Origin: Sphagnum compactum
Lineage: Eukaryota
DNA: 64,000 bases
Assembly (NCBI GenBank): GCA_965153455.1
Contig: OZ234493.1
Location: 19,954,213 to 20,018,212 of the forward strand
Direction of reading: 5' to 3'
Shown piece after piece: positions 53,305-64,000 of this stretch. The translations under genes and the position numbers were made by a program. The notes beneath the pieces are model-generated. The model saw nothing but the letters and a program-made list of their open reading frames with translations. It was not told the DNA's origin and made no database searches. Position 1 is the first letter of the stretch. Each line of letters opens with the position of its first letter.

Positions 53305-53700
53305 TTCCATCCTTTAGTCCTTGGGGTATCACATTGCATTTGTAATTAGCCTTTAGATCCTATTGGGATCCACCTTTTTTGTTGTGCGCATGGTGGGGAG
53401 AAGATGACCTCACATGATGTTGTGTGAGATGTTTTTGTGGCCATTGCAAGAATTGCGGGGTTTCATGTCATGCAAGAGGAGACCTATGTCCTTCCACCCC
53501 TTACCTTACAGTCTTTGCGTCGTGAGATCAACATTGTGTTATTAGTCAATGGTGTCCGCACATTGGCAGATGTTGTCATTGCCAACCCCACTCAAGTTGA
53601 TTTGATTTCACAAAATGTTTTTTGTCATGGGGTTACGATGACAATTGTAACTCAAACAAAGGAATTGTTTTTATTGCAATTGATTATTAGCGAACATGTT
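53305..53700 (+). mobile_element. Remnant of a non-LTR retrotransposon with restriction-like endonuclease (CRE/NeSL/R2-type C-terminus)
   Basis: Reads HCICN*PLDPIGIHLFCCAHGGEKMTSHDVV*DVFVAIARIAGFHVMQEE...RREINIVLLVNGVRTLADVVIANP. This is a CCHC knuckle, a (R)HD motif and a PD..D-type endonuclease layout. Confidence 0.7.
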
Positions 53701-53764
53701 TAACTTTGCCACTATGTTGCCATTATAGAAATATTAGTGGGTACTCGTGACATTCGGACACAAT

Positions 53765-53875
53765 CCGCCCGTGCCCAGCCCGCCCGTGCCGTGCCCAGCT
53801 TGCCCGTGTTCAGCTCGTGCCCAGCCCGCTCGTGCTCAGCCCGTGCCTAGTCCGTTCGTGCCCGTGCCCGTGCGG
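53765..53875. repeat. GC-rich minisatellite (CCCGTG/GCCCAG units)
   Basis: gcccgtgcccagcccgcccgtgccgtgcccagcttgcccgtg... embedded in AT-rich DNA. Confidence 0.8.
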
Positions 53876-55272
53876 GTTTTAGTAGCCCTTGTCACAACTT
53901 CCAGGTTTTTGTGGATTTTCACCCATTTTTGTTGGAAGCAATAGGTGCAAGTAGCTCAAGGCCCTTCCCTTTTCCAGGTGCATTTAAAATCAATGTGAAA
54001 GTTTCTTCCTTTTGAATAATTGGTTGAGAGAAGCGTAGATTATTTTCAAGAGAATATTTCAAAGAGATTGACAACCATTTTTTTACTGGCATCCTTTCTG
54101 ATTTACCTTTTAATTCCCATCTACAATATTGTACTTTTAAAAAAAATGTGTAGGTTGTTAAATAAACCATCTTCTTATCTCACACATAATCACCAAACAT
54201 GCAAAGAAAAATAATGAAGGGCTATACAATTCACAGCCCTTCAATTCAAATGATAAGTTTTTTTAACCATTCATTACAAAAGTCCAATGCACCCGTAAAA
54301 AAAGCCTATTGTGCTGGAATTGAAAATAATGAGATTGCTTACTTTGTTCCCATGCCTTAGAATTCTTTGGTGAAGAATTTTGCAATACATATATGTTGGT
54401 GGCGTTGCACAATGTGTTGCAATACCCATTTCCAAGGTCTTGCACCATGGTTAAAAGTGTTACTTGTTGTGATACCAGGGTTTGATCCCAAGGCCTCTTG
54501 ATTATAGGTGAAGTTCATACCTTGGCCTATTACCCTACACAGTACCCCTGGCGACAATGAATTAAAACAAAAAACTAATAACCACCATCCTGGGGAATGG
54601 CCATTGGGAAATGCAGTGAACCAAAAAGGCTCTTGGGGGATTGGATTGAAATGGCCCTTGGGGGAAAACAGTGAAGCAAAGAAGCTCTTGGCCATGGGGG
54701 ACTGGATCCCTCACATCAGGATTTCTTTTTCTCCAATTTTGTCAAGTAGATAGTCCAGAAGAGGAATGCCCGAATTTTAGCTAGAGGTCAGATTATAGGA
54801 AAGCAGATTTCTTAAATTAGAATCCTGCTTTGTTTGGGAAACTCAGTTGTCAAAATTTGACAACTTCAATTCTGACTTTTTGGTCATCTAGATATCCATC
54901 CATGGAGGTTTTTTGCACATTTTTACCAAATAAAAAACACAGCCCCACGTTGTCCTCTTGCTGTATATAGATCATGTATAACATAATATATCATCATGCT
55001 GTAGCTGGGAGATCAGCCTTTACACAACTCAAACAGTAACACTTCTATAAATATCAGTGTAGATTTAATAAATTTAGATTATTCCTCCACTAGGAACCAC
55101 TGCATGGTTCTATGGGCTTACCCTAGTTGTAGGAAGCTTATGATGTAAGCTCTCTGATTAGGCTAAGACTGCAACAATAATATATACTTGTTCACAAGCG
55201 TCTGAACAATTTGTGAAAGGTCGCGTAGCTTTGAAATTCTACACACGCAAGTTTGTAGTAGTAGGCTAGTAG

Positions 55273-55941
55273 TCAACAGAAGCTCCATGATTTTGTGTTG
55301 GGTTGTTTACTGACGGCCTGAATCACAGCCTGACTCACTTGACTGACTGCCCCTGCAACTGAGACAATAGGGAAGAGGCAGGAACAGTAGCTTGAACAGG
55401 AGCAGCAGTGGCAGTGGCAGGTATCATCGTATGCTATGCCATTGTTTGGAGAGCTCAACCATGCTCCTAACGTGGATGACCTTTTAGCTGCATTGGCTGA
55501 TGAGGTTCCATCAGCAATAAATGCCGCTGGAAGCTTAGATCCTGCGGAACCACCTGCCTGATCTGTAGGAGGAAGTCTTAGTTTTGTCGTCTCGGCTGCT
55601 GTATGTGGCTCCTGAGTTCCGTCCTCAGGAATCGAATCCAAATTTAGACCTAGGGCATCGAAATCCCTGTCAAGATCTCCAGCTCCGTCATCATAAGTCC
55701 GTAGCAGACCGTCGAAGCTTAAGCCCTCGGGTTCTTGAATGAACTCAGCATATGTCTTGAAGATCACGTAGAGTATGCCCTCTATCTGCTCTTTATTGAG
55801 CTTGACGTGGGGATTGACAGCAGTCATGAGTGCCACCACTTCAATTCGATTGAGACAGCCATCTTTGTTGCTGTCGAACGCGTTAATGATTCCGCGAACT
55901 TTTTGTGCCCGTATACTCAATCCTGGACCGCTTTCTGACAT
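55273..55941 (-). CDS. EF-hand protein homologous to the N-terminus of the At1g05150/At2g32450 Ca-binding TPR family; lacks the TPRs (truncated gene or pseudogene), 222 aa
   Basis: RAQKVRGIINAFDSNKDGCLNRIEVVALMTAVNPHVK..EQI..IL...FKTYAEFI..GLSFDGLLRTYDDGAGDLDRDFDALGL and AWLSSPNNGIAYDDT match the family as I recall it. Similarity stops abruptly after DDT. Confidence 0.7.
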   Translation of the reverse strand: MSESGPGLSIRAQKVRGIINAFDSNKDGCLNRIEVVALMTAVNPHVKLNKEQIEGILYVIFKTYAEFIQEPEGLSFDGLLRTYDDGAGDLDRDFDALGLNLDSIPEDGTQEPHTAAETTKLRLPPTDQAGGSAGSKLPAAFIADGTSSANAAKRSSTLGAWLSSPNNGIAYDDTCHCHCCSCSSYCSCLFPIVSVAGAVSQVSQAVIQAVSKQPNTKSWSFC

Positions 55942-58900
55942 TCTCAAGTGTCCAGAAATTCTGGGAGGGAGCGTTGGTAAACCAATATATAATTTGTATA
56001 GAGATATTCAGCGACCACAAGCGTGCGCAAGCTTCCTCACCCAGAATGTACTCGGCCTAAAGAACGACCATGAGTTACAAGGATGCACAAAGTTGTGCGA
56101 CAATACAAGGAAGGTGTAAATTGTTGAAATGAATGTAGTCGAGAAAGCGAGGAGTGCGCCACTTGTGCTATCATGTACATCTTTTCTTGAAATGTTGAGA
56201 GAACTGAAAGGAACAAGGACGCAGATTAAATCGGAGGACAAGAACAGCTGCAGATAAAAGATGATTCAAGGGAAATGAAAACACCAATCCCAAAACCAAA
56301 AGCAGAGAACCATCCCTTCACCAAGACAAAATCAAGCACAACAAAATTAGCTCTCCGAACTGCACAATGTATTAACCCAGATTTTACAAATCATGAAGAA
56401 TGCCACAAGGAAGACCCGCGCGTTGATCGACGTTCTTCAAAACCTGTTAAGAAGAAAAACCCTAGGTACTTATTATTACTTCATGCATGCAGAGCTTTTG
56501 AAAATAAAGCAGATTCACCCACCTTCACAAAACATGCACCAAACACCCCCAAAAAATCAAAATACAAATCGAAAACCCCCAGGGAAAAACCAGGACAAGA
56601 CCAAGAAAATCAACCTTGCGAGAGGCGAAGAGAAAAGGGAGAAAGAGGTCGTAGAACTTATATTGCGACGAAGACGATCTCGTCGACAAGAAGAAGACGA
56701 CGAAGAAGAGGACGATATGAGTAGGTCTATTTTTATAAGAGGATTTTTGAAAAATGATATTTTGGCTTGTATGGAAACTTGAGATTAAGTTATAGAGTTA
56801 TGATATGTTGAAGGATTAAATTGATTTCTTTAAGAGGATTTTTTTTAAAGATTCTATTTATGCATTGTAAAATATTTTGAATTTCCATAATTCTTCTTTT
56901 GCCTTAAAATACCTCTTTTTTTTAATGTAAATGGCAAGGCCACACAGGGGCTAATTAGTATTAGTTTATTAATATAAAGAGGGTGTTGAATATGGTTGTG
57001 TGTGGAGGTGTAAAAGAAAAAATGATATTATGGCCAATGAAATGAAATTACTAGATTTGGAGCTCTGAATTTTATTTTTCTTGAGTGAAGTAATAAAAAA
57101 TTTAAAATGTGAAATAATAGGTTTTCTTAGGTTTGGGAGAATTTGAGAGTACCAATAATGGGAATGGAGGAAAAGCACCAATAATGAAAATGAAGGAAAG
57201 GGAGCATTATTTCCAGTATTTCCAATGGTTCCTTTTCAAATAATGCGCCCTTTCTACCAATTCCATTAATTTCAATGTTTTGCAAAATAGAGTTGTGTAG
57301 AGGCCTGAAGTCGGAATTTCAGGCCAATGGGATTTCTGGATTTGGTGGTCTGAACTTGTTTTCTTAAATATGTTCAATGAAACAACTATTTAAGGTGTAA
57401 TGTCTAGTTATAAATAAGGTTCTTGCACATAACTTGTGTACTTTGTTTTGTGAAGGTGAATTGGCCTTTGGTGGTGAAGGGCTGGGAAAAAAAAAAAACT
57501 TTTGGATGAATAGTAAGTTTGTAAAAAGAATATTGTCTGTTTTATAATGTACATATTAAAAATGAAAGTACAATATGGGTGAAAGCATATTTGGGGGAAC
57601 AAAAACCGTTTTGGATGAATAATATGTTTGTATCAAGAATATTGTTTATTTTACAACGTACATATGAAAAATAAAAGTACAATATGGGTGATTTAGCATA
57701 TTTGGTGGGGTCAAGACTGTTGTCACATTCTACCCTTTTCAAAGGGTACCATGTTTGAACTTCAATCATGTCTTTATTATAATAAATTTTCGTAATGTTT
57801 TTGCACATTATGATAGGTAAAAATTTTAAAAAGTGAAATGCTAAAAAATTTAAACTTTTTTTTATTTCGTAGGATGTGATGTTAAAATATATAATTTGCA
57901 CAAAAAAATGTATGTCACAACATTGTGAAAATGAAAATATATTCAAAAATTGATTGAAATGATTTTTATTATTTATGAAATTTATAATGTCTACTAAACA
58001 TTGTGATTCCATATAATTAGAATAAGTTTATGAGTCTTGTGAAGAGTTTGATAATTATCATATTGCAAATTGATTTTTTTCAAGGTGATGATCATAATTA
58101 TGTGATGAATTAAAAATTTGACAAATAATCATTTTCAAATGGAATATGACAAGAAATGTGAATAGGACCATTTTTAAAAATTCTAGTTCAATTTTTTTTA
58201 TTGACTAATTCAAACCAAAACTTAATGCAAAATAAGAAATGGGTTTTATTATATTGCATACACAATAATTGTACCTATTATTCTTTGAATTTAATCATTT
58301 AAATTTATCTTTTTTTAAAAATAATACTATATATCATTAACTTTGTGAAAATCAAAATATGAAGCCCAAACATAAAAAAGAAAGCCCAGAATTAATTGTA
58401 ACACATTTTATAAATATATATTTTACACACATATCATGAAACTGTGTACCAAGTCCCCCCGCCCCTCCCCCCAACAAATTATGTGTTTTCACCCATATAT
58501 TGAAAGTTTAAAATTTACAAAAGTACATTCAATAAATAGAAAAGTTAATTTGAGTCTATACATCTAGAGTCACTTTACAATTTTTCTTATCATTCCAAAA
58601 TATCAAGATATGAGGTCAATCCATTACCTCCATTTTTTTCCCACACCATGATACATGCATCCATGCATCTAAAGTCTTGAGCTTAACGTAATTGTACGAA
58701 ATTTATTTCACCCAATTTTATTTTGAAAATCCATATGGGCATGTTCAAGGTTAGGGTTCTAGAAAAAGGAAATGGGATTCAAGGACTTTTGTAGGGCTAA
58801 TTTTTGCAAATAACATTTACTTCAAACAAATTTAAGTGAAGAAAATTGAATAATCCAATTTAAGATAATTCATGTGATGGTGGTGAATTTCCACATGCAT

Positions 58901-59294
58901 ACATTATTGTGTTTGTATATAATTTTGGTTTATAGCCAGAAACATAGAAAATCCCAAAATTCCCAAATTGAGTTTCAATGGACAACCAAACATGGTTTTT
59001 GGCAAGATTATTTCCTGTGCACACATGTGACTTGGACCTAAAACTAAACATTTTGAACCCATTGTCTTTTGCCTTGCAGCTTTTCCTTCAAAATTTCAAG
59101 ATTTTGAAATTTTTGTATGATTTGATTTTTCATTAAATTCACCAATCAACATGTATTCTCATAGAAGGGGACATGTTTTTTATTATACAAAAAGTTTGAA
59201 ATCAATTATATGACTTTATGCATTCCTTTTTATTACTTTAAAAGAAAGTTCAGTTGGGACACTTAGTATAGTTAATTTAAAAGATTCAAAATGA

Positions 59295-59998
59295 CATTTG
59301 CATAATATCCAAAAAAATTTAAATTTTTTTATTAATTTAGCAAAACATCATTTTATCTATTGGCATACAACAATTCACTATAACTATAATTATGTAAGAT
59401 TAAAAAAAAATCCAAATTTATTTTTTTCAATCCCTTAAAAATAGGCCATACCTTTTTGGTACCCCAATCATTAATGGACCCATCAATGTTTGGTGGATAT
59501 TCTCAAGAAGGATTTGCAAACTTGTTTGATGAACACGAAGTTGTTAACACAAGGTATAGGAGAAAGTTCAAAGTATACAAGGAAATTTTCCTTGATTTTG
59601 TTTATGAATCCCCTCTTGTGACCAATAAGACAATTTTTACAAAGTTAAAAAAGGAGCAATTTTAAGCAAGTTTTAGTGGGGAACCACCAAAAATATAGTC
59701 TAAGGCACTTGAGGAGATGAATGGTGCAGTGGATTAGAGGATGTCCTTGTTTAACATTCTTTTTTATTACTATAAAAAAAATGTAGTTTAAACATCTAAT
59801 ATAATTAATTTAATGGACTTTAATTGACATTAACATAATATCCAAATTTTTTAAATATTTTTATTAATTTAACAAGACATCATTTTATTTATTGGCATAG
59901 AAGAATCCACTACAACTATTATAATGGAAGACAAAAAAAAATCTAAAGTTGCCTTTATAATATTTTTAAAAATAGGTTATTCCTTTTTGGTGCCCTAA
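59295..59998. repeat. Diverged direct repeat of about 170 bp (about 59295-59465 and 59825-59998)
   Basis: Shared string ttttattaattta.caa.acatcatttta..attggcata...aaaaatagg..at.cctttttggt.ccc. Confidence 0.7.
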
Positions 59999-60775
59999 TT
60001 GTGAATACACCCATATTCACAAATAATTCTGCTGATTTGAATGAAAACGTCTTTTGTAAGAAGGTAATTAGTGTAGGCCAAGCATAAAATAACTTTTTTG
60101 AATTGGAACAAAATATTTAAACAACGAAGGCCCAAATCCCAATGCCACAAGGAATAATACATTTATCATCAAAAGATTAAACAGGAAAAGTCTATAAAGC
60201 TACATAATAACAAATAAATAAATAAACTTGAAAGAGAAATCCAAGTTTTTGCATTGTAGGTTGTTTTCATTATAGGGCAACAAATAAATATAATAATAAT
60301 AAAGATAAACAAAAAAAGTTTTGAGGTCTTGTCAACAAAGAAATGAAAGATCTTTGAGGTTCAACTAGAAGGTTCATTGGGTACCTTCTTGAATGCCTTT
60401 TAACCCCATTGTTGAATGTTGCTAATGTGTCATGCACTACAAGATTAACACCTAGCACAATTGAAATTAACAAAATCTCACACATGAAAATATGCACACA
60501 AATCAACCCCCAGTTGGAGTATTTAAAGTCTTCCTACACCAATTAACCAAATCTATGATCAAATATGACATAATGTGGTAAGGTAATCCATGAAAGGAGT
60601 TTGATTCTAAACATGATGAAATTAATAGGTTGGGTGTAATGTGAACCCCATTGTTAGTTACCCAATTGCAATCCTTTATGTTTAGCCAAATTATTACCTT
60701 CCAAGAATCATCGGTTGTCCCAATCAATAGCACGTCCATGTCCTAATACTAAAGCCTAACACAAATAATAACATG

Positions 60776-61400
60776 TCTATTTGGTGCATCATGGACACAC
60801 CCAATCATTTATTGGAACCTTTAAAAGTGGTAGTGTAAAACAACCCATATGTCATCCCCTAAAATAATAGGCACAAGCCGACATGGTTATTGCACTTCAT
60901 GATTTTCCACATAACATGCATTACAAACATGTTAACATTATGGCCAATGTTAATGAATCCACTTGGTCATTGACATGTGGAAAGTGACGTCATGCACAAT
61001 TACGAACATGTTAACATTATGGCAAGTGATGAATCCATTTGGCCATTGACATGTGGAAGGTGACATGGTGCACAATTTTGCACATGGTATTTCCATGCTT
61101 GACCATCTCGACCTTCCAAAAACAAAACCCTAGAAGGTAAAACTTTCTTCACACATAGAATGACACGATCAGTTATCACATCCAATGTAGTAAGTGTTTT
61201 TTGCTACAAATAGACATTATCTTCAAGTTCAAACCTTTGAACCTTAGGTCGATACCCACATCCACAAATGGTGGCATACTATAATGTATCTCGATATTGT
61301 GAGACCACGTTCTCCATTCCCATATGCATGATACCTTTGAAAAAGGCTGCATTTTGCTCACAAACTTGAATGCACACATTAGGATCATCAAGATTAATCA
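60776..61400 (-). mobile_element. Degenerate Gypsy integrase C-terminus ending in a PHD finger
   Basis: ILCVKKVLPSRVLFLEGRDG...HVQNCAPCHLPHVNG followed by CMLCGKS*SAITMSACAYYFRG*HMGCFTLPLLKVPINDWVCP*CTK*. Confidence 0.8.
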
Positions 61401-61559
61401 CATTGGCCACATCGTTACAAATATAAGTTAATAATTGGGGTTCATGCTTGAAAAACACAAAGTGAAGGGAAATGGAGGCTAGGGATGTTTTCTTGTTAAA
61501 TCAATATCCCATGGCCAACCATGGCAACTATATCATTACTACAAATGGCAACCTATGTC

Positions 61560-62340
61560 AATATACATTCCACCCAAGTTATCTTACATTTTCAACTACC
61601 TTTGTTTCATTTAGGTTGTCCTTGACTTATTTAAGTCAACCTAGGTTAATGTAATTAGGCTACCTAAAACATGGGCTTACTTACATTAGAAGAAATCTTG
61701 TTTTTTAAACCAATTTTGCAGCTAGTTTTTGACTTAAACAATTAGTTTTTGGCTTATATTGCAACTATTTGTTAGTTGTGTAAGTAAAACTTTAGTTGCA
61801 AAAACCAATTGCTAAAGAAAAGATTCTTCTAGTGCTAGTCTTCACCTATAGTAACCGATGTAGACAAACAAACCTAGGTTAATAACTACATAGGTTGATT
61901 TAGTTATGTGTATAGGACCTAGCTTACATACATACAACCTAGTTTAACCTAAAGCCTTAGTACAACCTAGTATAAGGGCCTATGACCTATGTACAACATA
62001 ACTTACATAAATACAACCTAACATATGTATGACCTCCTAACTAGTTAACCTAACCTTTGTATGACATAGGTATAAGATTAAGTTGTAATCTATGGATGAC
62101 TTATGTATGATCTAGTTTACATATGCACAACTTACATATGACCTAGCCTACATATTATATGACACAGCCTATCTACAACCAAAGTAGGTTAGGTTATAGG
62201 TTACGTACGACCTATGTACGACCTACGTATGACCTAATTTAACATATGAATGACCTAGGTATAAGGGTGTAAAGCATACCTATGTGTAACATAGGTGTAC
62301 ATATGTGTACTTAAGCATACTTAGATGTACATATCCATAT
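61560..62340. repeat. AT-rich ACCTA/TAGGT degenerate simple-repeat insertion interrupting the integrase
   Basis: Dense gacctag, aacctag and tatgacc words; a similar tract occurs at about 2290-2470. Confidence 0.55.
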
Positions 62341-62399
62341 TATGCACAAATTATATAATTTGTGGCACATCATCCATTGATGTGGTTTTGTATTGTTTG

Positions 62400-63330
62400 A
62401 TTTAATGGTCTAAATCCATTGGTATGGCCTTGTATAATGGAATTATTCATGGTGTTTTCCACCCAACATCTTGTTAGGTGGAATTCTCTAGTGGTTTAGA
62501 ATGTAGTTTCTGGTACTATATGTCCCAGTCACCTACATGCCCCTTTTGTCATCCATATTTTCATAAACCTTTCTTCACCGTTTGTACCATCCTTTCAACT
62601 AGGCCATTGGCTTTAGGATGATCACAAGAATTAGTCTTGTGGTCAATCATAGCTTGTTCACACAACTCCTAAAATTATCTTTGAAATTTCATGCCGTAAA
62701 CTATGAGCACTTTTACTAAGGCACCATATCTACTCAATACCCAATCCAAAAATGCATAAGCAACCCCCTCATTACTTAATTTGTCTCATAGTAGGGCCAA
62801 TTTAATCCATTTGGAAATATGTTCAATCATAACCAACATGTATTAGTTATGATGAATAATTAAACTTAGTGCCCAACAAAAACCAATCTCCATTGATACC
62901 CAAACCCTATGATCAATAAAGGCTATAAATGTGGGGTGGCTGCATTAAATGATGCACACACTTGATTGTGAAACAAATTGTTGAACCTCCAACTCCATAA
63001 CCTTCCACCAATATTGGCCTTGAAGCAAATTATAAGTCCAATGTACCCCAAAATGTCCCAACTCTTTATGGGCATGTCTCATAACACTTTCCCACACTTT
63101 TGGATGTGGTATTACATGTACATGCCCATCTAACCATAGTTTGAAAAGGTGTTGTCCCAACAATATTTTTTGGCCCTTTGAAAGACCTGATCCTTTTCCT
63201 TGGATGTCAATCCCACATGCAATTCCCTAGTTTGTAGGTTAACAAGTCTTAGGTATCCCCCAAATATCCATAGGTCTAATGTCATCAAGTTCCACCTCCA
63301 GATTCCCATAAATGCATGAAGAATCCACTT
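62400..63330 (-). mobile_element. Degenerate Gypsy integrase (zinc-binding domain + core)
   Basis: VIPHPKVWESVMRHAHKELGHFGVHWTYNLLQGQYWWK; further on YMLVMIEHISKWI and SCDHPKANGLVERMVQTVKKGL. Confidence 0.85.
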
Positions 63331-64000
63331 CAACTACTTTAGCTTGGAATGATAGTGTCGATAACCTTTTACCAAAATGTAAAGGAATAAAACAACATGT
63401 CGACCAAATATTGTTTCCAAATTTGTTTCCCCATGCCAACATGAATTATTACAAAAACATGGGTTTTTTGCTACTAGCATCGTGGGGTGCAGTCACAATA
63501 ACACGTATCATAACAAATGTAATGATTGTTTCATTCTTTCATGTTTTAAAGTCGTAATTTAATTTGATGTTGAAATTGTAAAATTTGTTTATATAGTTGT
63601 ATTTTTAACATATCATGGGAACATGTGAATTAATTTGAAATTAATCCAATGAATAAAAATTAACAAAAACGTTCATTAAACACTATAATGTTTGTTTTTA
63701 AATAGTAAAAGGACTTGTAAATGGATTCCAATTTTTTTGAAAATGACTTGTTTTACAAATTTTTAACATGAACCTTAATAAAATATATATGAAAAAAAAT
63801 TAAAATATTTTTAAATATTTTTTCAAAGAATTTTTCAAGAATATTTTGAAAAATATTCTAGGAATATTTTCCCAAAAGCAGTCTCAAAAGTAGTAAAAAA
63901 ACAAACAGGTGTGGCTTTTGTTATCTCATTTGTGCATTGTGATTAAAATGATTGTAGAGTCAAATTTATTTGTTTAAAATGATTGACAATGTTTGATTTG

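Noticed and set aside
56275..56782. Lys/Arg-rich + strand ORFs (149 and 129 aa)
   Set aside because: They are antisense to the pyrimidine-rich 5' UTR/intron of the EF-hand gene; a compositional artefact.
59456..59665. Possible Harbinger transposase fragment (YRRKFKVYKEIFLDFV)
   Set aside because: Too short and weak to support a call without a search.

Overview
AT-rich, repeat-dense eukaryotic nuclear DNA. The intron-containing plant gene, the non-chromovirus Gypsy element and the MITE families suggest a bryophyte, probably a Sphagnum-like moss (inference only). There is one intact host gene, a 4-exon MFS glycerol-3-phosphate permease (G3Pp/SLC37-like, 15063-17449, +). It has two P1BS phosphate-starvation motifs and a stack of hAT-type MITEs upstream. 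A young but defective Ty3/Gypsy LTR retrotransposon (30136-38993, -) sits inside a hAT MITE. It carries an extra ORF ahead of gag, a 5' LTR that runs straight into the PBS, and an appended 'partial LTR + integrase tail + PPT' block. A truncated EF-hand gene related to the At1g05150 EF-hand/TPR family (55273-55941, -) has an unusual Cys-rich tail and an inverted, internally deleted paralog at about 28.2-28.8 kb. The rest is decayed transposons: a chromodomain-bearing integrase, a PHD-finger-bearing integrase, a hAT transposase, a non-LTR fragment with a restriction-like endonuclease, Tourist and hAT MITEs, and minisatellites. Most short ORFs in the track are spurious. I cannot demonstrate a new biological system; the best leads are the retroelement's accessory ORF and chimeric end, the PHD-integrase, and the EF-hand/Cys-tail gene pair.
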